From positions 158,037 through 222,036 of the forward strand of contig NIVC01000501.1 in NCBI GenBank assembly GCA_002269645.1: DNA of 64,000 nucleotides, read 5' to 3'. The notes beneath the pieces were generated by a model that did not search any database, was not told the origin of the DNA, and worked only from the letters and a program-made list of their open reading frames with translations. A program made the position numbers and the translations under genes. This stretch comes from Macrostomum lignano. Taxonomy: Eukaryota. Positions 47,735-64,000 of the stretch are shown in pieces; the stretch's first letter is position 1; the number at the start of each line of letters is the position of its first letter.

Positions 47735-48115
47735 AACAACACAAAACTACACGGCTTCAAAACTGCAAAAGCTCAAAACTACACGACTTCAAAACTGCAC
47801 GACTCCAAAACTGCACGACTTCAAAACTGCACGACTTCAAAACTGCACGACTTCAAAACTGCAAAAGCTCAAAACTACACGACTTCAAAACTGCACGACT
47901 CCAAAACTGCACGACTTCAAAACTGCACGACTTCAAAACTGCACGACTTCAAAACTGCACGACTTCAAAACTGCACGACTTCAAAACTGCACGACTTCAA
48001 AACTAAACGACTTCAAAACTAAACGACTTCAAAACTAAACGACTTAAAAACTGCAAAAGCTCAAAACTGCACGACTTCAAAACTGCACGAATTCAGAACT
48101 GCAAAAGCTCAAAGC
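47735..48115. repeat. 16-bp minisatellite (CAAAACTGCACGACTT) downstream of PPP1R16 stop
   Basis: About 22 direct copies. Confidence 0.93.
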
Positions 48116-48186
48116 TAAAAGTCGAATGTGGAGCCTGCGAATCCCCTTAAGCCAGAGAGTGCACAGGTGCAAAGCTGGGCCATAGA

Positions 48187-59580
<11,394 letters not shown>

Positions 59581-59689
59581 AGATCTGCGGCCTTGTGTCT
59601 AGAGACCTGATCTATAGATTGTCTACGATAATCTGCAATCAATATAAAAATTATGTCTAACTGAAAGATGTCTATAGATGGTTGATATA

Positions 59690-60000
59690 AATTCACAGAA
59701 TTGTGTCTATAGATTTACCGTTTAAAGTCTATAGATCTACAGTTTAATGTCTATAGATCTACAGTTCAATGTCTATAATCTACCGTTTAATGTCTATAGA
59801 TCTACCGTTTAATGTCTATAGATCTACCGTTTAATGTCTATAGATCTACCGTTTAATGTCTATAGATCTACCGTTTAATGTCTATAGATCTACCGTTTAA
59901 TGTCTATAGATCTACCGTTTAAAGTCTATAGATCTACCCTTTAAAGCCTATAGATCTACAGTTTAATGTCTATAGATCTACCGTTTTTTATCTATTGATC
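59690..60000. repeat. 22-bp palindrome-rich minisatellite (TCTATAGATCTACCGTTTAATG) upstream of PPP1R16 ATG
   Basis: About 13 copies; overlapping palindromes TCTATAGA and TAGATCTA. Confidence 0.92.
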
Positions 60001-60345
60001 TACAATATACTGTAAATTGTCAATAGTATCTTCACGTCTACAGTACTAAATCTGTCGAAATATTTTGTACAGCAACTATAAAATCACATCCTTCCATTAA
60101 AACATTACTACATATTAGTTAAAAATTACGATTATTTATTTCCTTACTTCCAACCTCATACGACCTGCGCTGAGAAGAATTCTGTAGGGAGACAAAAACT
60201 TCGCGGTTCGGCGTCAACTTTCAGCTCTAGCAGTGCGGAAATACTGTGAATTTGCTTTGGCAAACTGGGAGCCAAATCGGCCGTCTGTTTTCTACTCGAA
60301 TTTCAGGCTTTCGAGATCCGTTTTTTCGGGGCTCAGCGGCTCCTC

Positions 60346-60376
60346 ATTGGCTGCTCAGACTTCTCTACCCTATTGG
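60346..60376 (-). promoter_or_regulatory. Paired CCAAT boxes, candidate PPP1R16 promoter
   Basis: ATTGGCTG at 60346 and 60372 (CAGCCAAT on the minus strand), ~0.8 kb upstream of the ATG. Possible 5' UTR donor CAG|GTCGTA at 60164. Confidence 0.35.
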
Positions 60377-60393
60377 CTGCTGTAGCTTAGTTT

Positions 60394-60987
<594 letters not shown>

Positions 60988-61349
60988 GGGCGGGTCAGAG
61001 CCCAGGGCCCTGGGGTTTCGCAATCGTCTTTGCCCTGCCGACATCACAGAGGCGGAGTTATCAGTCTTCCAACAGAGCAATCATCTCCGAGCCTTTGTCG
61101 CTGGCTAGCAGCGCCTGCATGTGAAACAGGCAAGCCGTTTGATTGAGCAACTTGTGAGCACGCCAAATCTTTGTATTCTAAGCCGAGCTCGTCGTGTTTT
61201 ATTCTGCTCGATCGCTGATTCGGGCTGTCACGTGTGCGTCTGGCTGCTTACGTCATGGACATGCAAGGAAGGATGGATGGCCAATATGCCTTTTCAGATA
61301 GTAGATTATTGAGAGTGTGAGAGATGGGCATTGGGAGATGAAAGAGGAG

Positions 61350-61465
61350 TGATGAGAGAGGGAGAGATGAGAGAGGGAGAGATGAGAGAGGGAGAGATGA
61401 GAGAGGGAGAGATGAGAGAGGGAGAGATGAGAGAGGGAGAGATGAGAGAGGGAGAGATGAGAGTT
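61350..61465. repeat. 15-bp purine repeat (GAGAGGGAGAGATGA)
   Basis: About 8 copies. Confidence 0.9.
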
Positions 61466-62044
61466 GGAGCAATGAGGGAGGGAGATGAGATTGGGAGAGA
61501 TGAGGAACAACGTGGGTAAAATTTTTGTTACAGTGTTTGATTAAAAAAACCGTCAAAATGTTCGTGGCCCTACTGTAAATGTCAGCAGTGTAGCAAGCAC
61601 ATGCATAAGCTTGCTGAAATTTATTTTTTATTAATTGTTCTTGTCGCCGGTCCAACTGACTCTCTGATCTTCCAAGCACGCATTTCCAAGTCCGTCTTTC
61701 AGACTTTCCTGCAAATTCATTCCCAGGCAACTTCTCTCGCGGATAAATAATTCGCGAGAGGAGTTGGTGGTTAGAAAATCTAAAATTTCGATCCAACGGC
61801 TTGAGCCAGATCAAAATCAGCTGGTGTCAGTCTGAAGCCGTAGCTTGATATTGTTCCGCAATATTAATATCAAAACTGAGGGCAGTTGCATTCATGTACA
61901 ATCTCGTACTAGTCATAAAAATGTTTTGCTCTGAGAAGCTTTTCAATTTTATGCGATCGGGTTGCTGAGACTTTGTAATTTTAGTTGTTCATTTCTCAGC
62001 TTATTAATTAAACTCCTAATGCTTTGGGTATTACCATTGTTTTA

Positions 62045-62385
62045 GGATCTTTCTTAGTCTGGGAACTATGAACTTTCTTAGTCTGGGATCTATAAACTTT
62101 TTAAGTCTGGGATCTATGAACTTTCTAAGTCTGGGATCTATAAACTTTTTAAGTCTGGGATCTATGAACTTTCTAAGTCTGGGATCTATGAACTTTCTAA
62201 GTCTGGGATCTATAAACTTTCTAAGTCTGGGATCTATGAAATTTCTAAGTCTGGGATCTATGAACTTTCTAAGTCTGGGATCTATGAACTTTCTAAGTCT
62301 GGGATCTATGAACTTTTTTAAGTCTGGGATCTATGAACTTCACAAGTCTGGGATCTATGATCCTCCACATCGTGGGATCTATGAC
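62045..62385. repeat. 24-bp minisatellite (AACTTTCTAAGTCTGGGATCTATG)
   Basis: About 14 copies. Confidence 0.93.
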
Positions 62386-62821
62386 TCTCCCCAGCTAGTC
62401 ATAAGCCAATGAAAATCAACTTCTGTTGATTGCAGCCACTTTCAAAGCGCAGTGCTTTGTCTGTCTGCCTGTCTGTCTGTGTGTCCACTGCCGTCTCTCA
62501 ATGACCCGCCAGTCTCTTTAAGTTCCTTCCTCCTCATCAACTACTTACTCATGCACTGCATCCTGCCGCGCAGCTTCTGTGTAGTCCTCTTCTCATCTCC
62601 TTTTTCCCCTACATGTGCTTCTCTTAGACTCTTGCAGCCCAGTGTATGTCTGTATTTGAAGGAAAAGCCTAATAAATAAAGCTAAAAAATAGTTTATGCA
62701 CTCTGGTAGTGAAGTGCTCCATCTGGTCCCGGTCGTCCTGCTTTCGCGGCATTTGGCACCGTTGTGAGGAAGTCTTTCAAGGAAAACTGGATCTAAAATT
62801 TGGAGTTTGTTATGGGGTAAC

Positions 62822-63665
62822 TAGTTTGTGAAGTGTCTATGGTTTGTGAAGTGTCTATGGTTTGTGGCGTGTCTATGGTTTGTGACGTGTCTATGGTTTG
62901 TGGCGTGTCTATGGTTTGTGAAGTGTCTATGGTTTGTGACGTGTCTATGGTTTGTGGCGTGTCTATGGTTTGTGAAGTGTCTATGGTTTGTGAAGTGTCT
63001 ATGGTTTGTGGCGTGTCTATGGTTTGTGACGTGTCTATGGTTTGTGGCGTGTCTATGGTTTGTGAAGTGTCTATGGTTTGTGAAGTGTCTATGGTTTGTG
63101 AAGTGTCTATGGTTTGTGACGTGTCTGTGGTTTGTGACGTGTCTGTGGTTTGTGAAGTGTCTATGGTTTGTGAAGTGTCTATGGTTTGTGGCGTGTCTAT
63201 GGTTTGTGAAGTGTCTATGGTTTGTGAAGTGTCTATGGTTTGTGACGTGTCTGTGGTTTGTGACGTGTCTGTGGTTTGTGAAGTGTCTGTGGTTTGTGAC
63301 GTGTCTGTGGTTTGTGAAGTGTCTATGGTTTGTGACGTGTCTATGGTTTGTGGCGTGTCTATGGTTTGTGAAGTGTCTGTGGTTTGAGAAGTGTCTATGG
63401 TTTGTGACGTGTCTGTGGTTTGTGAAGTGTCTATGGTTTGTGAAGTGTCTATGGTTTGTGAAGTGTCTATGGTTTGTGGCGTGTCTATGGTTTGTGAAGT
63501 GTCTATGGTTTGTGGCGTGTCTATGGTTTGTGGCGTGTCTATGGTTTGTGAAGTGTCTATGGTTTGTGAAGTGTCTATGGTTTGTGAAGTGTCTATGGTT
63601 TGTTTGTGAAGTGTCTACGTTTGTGAGGTGTCTAGTTGGTGTTAGTGTCTGTGTTTTGTGAAGTG
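62822..63665. repeat. 18-bp minisatellite (GTTTGTGAAGTGTCTATG)
   Basis: About 45 copies with GAA/GAC/GGC variants. Confidence 0.96.
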
Positions 63666-63944
63666 TCCAAATCACAAACCCTAGTTTGTGAAGTGTATAT
63701 AATTAATTTGTAAAATGTCTAGTTTGTGATATTACTAGTTAGTGAATTGGTCTAAGTTGTAAAGTTTATGATTATTCAGTAAAATATTCTTGTTCGAAAA
63801 CTTCCCAGTTTGTGAAGGGGCAAAGTGCCAATCCAGTTATTACCAGATCATAATACGCAGGTAGTTCTCTTTCCCTGCCTTTCTCAATTGTCCTGGCTGT
63901 CCCAATGCCTTCATAAGAAGGGGAGGGTGGGGGGAAGGGGGCAC

Positions 63945-63968
63945 AGCCAATCAGAGCCAGCCAATCAG
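63945..63968 (+). promoter_or_regulatory. Two AGCCAATCAG (NF-Y/CCAAT) boxes, candidate promoter of a gene near or past the right edge
   Basis: Exact AGCCAATCAG at 63945-63954 and 63959-63968, next to a G-rich tract. Confidence 0.35.
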
Positions 63969-64000
63969 CGTTCGCCATGAGGTCCTTCCTCTCTCTTATC

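Noticed and set aside
61248-61814. 188-aa minus-strand ORF
   Set aside because: The start is non-ATG, there is no recognisable motif, and the C-terminal part is a 15-bp repeat translation.

Overview
Eukaryotic, intron-rich animal DNA: GC-rich, Ala/Gly/Ser-rich exons set in AT-rich spacers and about 20 kb (~30%) of tandem repeats. The style suggests a free-living flatworm such as Macrostomum lignano (inference only). Seven complete spliced host genes were reconstructed by hand, with intron phases that add up to full ORFs: a divergent mammalian-type cryptochrome (+), NKRF (+), a brainiac/bre-5-type GT31 glycosyltransferase (+), V-ATPase subunit C (-), EFHB/CFAP21 (+), a type I membrane protein with a catalytically degenerate PTP-like domain (-) and PPP1R16A/B (-). 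A partial RS/Lys-rich exon lies at the left edge. Mobile DNA: a 6,364-bp hAT-like DNA transposon (28441-34804; perfect 18-bp TIRs, perfect 8-bp TSD) whose ~1,190-aa zinc-finger transposase gene has at least four spliceosomal introns, inserted into an old LINE RT fragment and carrying a nested MITE; a near-intact D,D34D mariner in an intron; nested MITEs at 1.6-2.5 kb; and a tRNA-headed SINE. The most notable observations are the spliced transposon with atypical CCA termini and DxxH/RF motifs, the receptor pseudophosphatase, a cryptochrome that has lost both (6-4) photolyase histidines and the fourth Trp, and the fact that 20 of 25 host coding introns carry a tandem array, mostly intron-specific and several built from splice-signal-like or transcription-factor-site-like units. 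Most long ORFs in the supplied track are translations of these arrays. No rRNA, genuine tRNA or CRISPR was seen. All homology calls come from motif recognition, not database searches.
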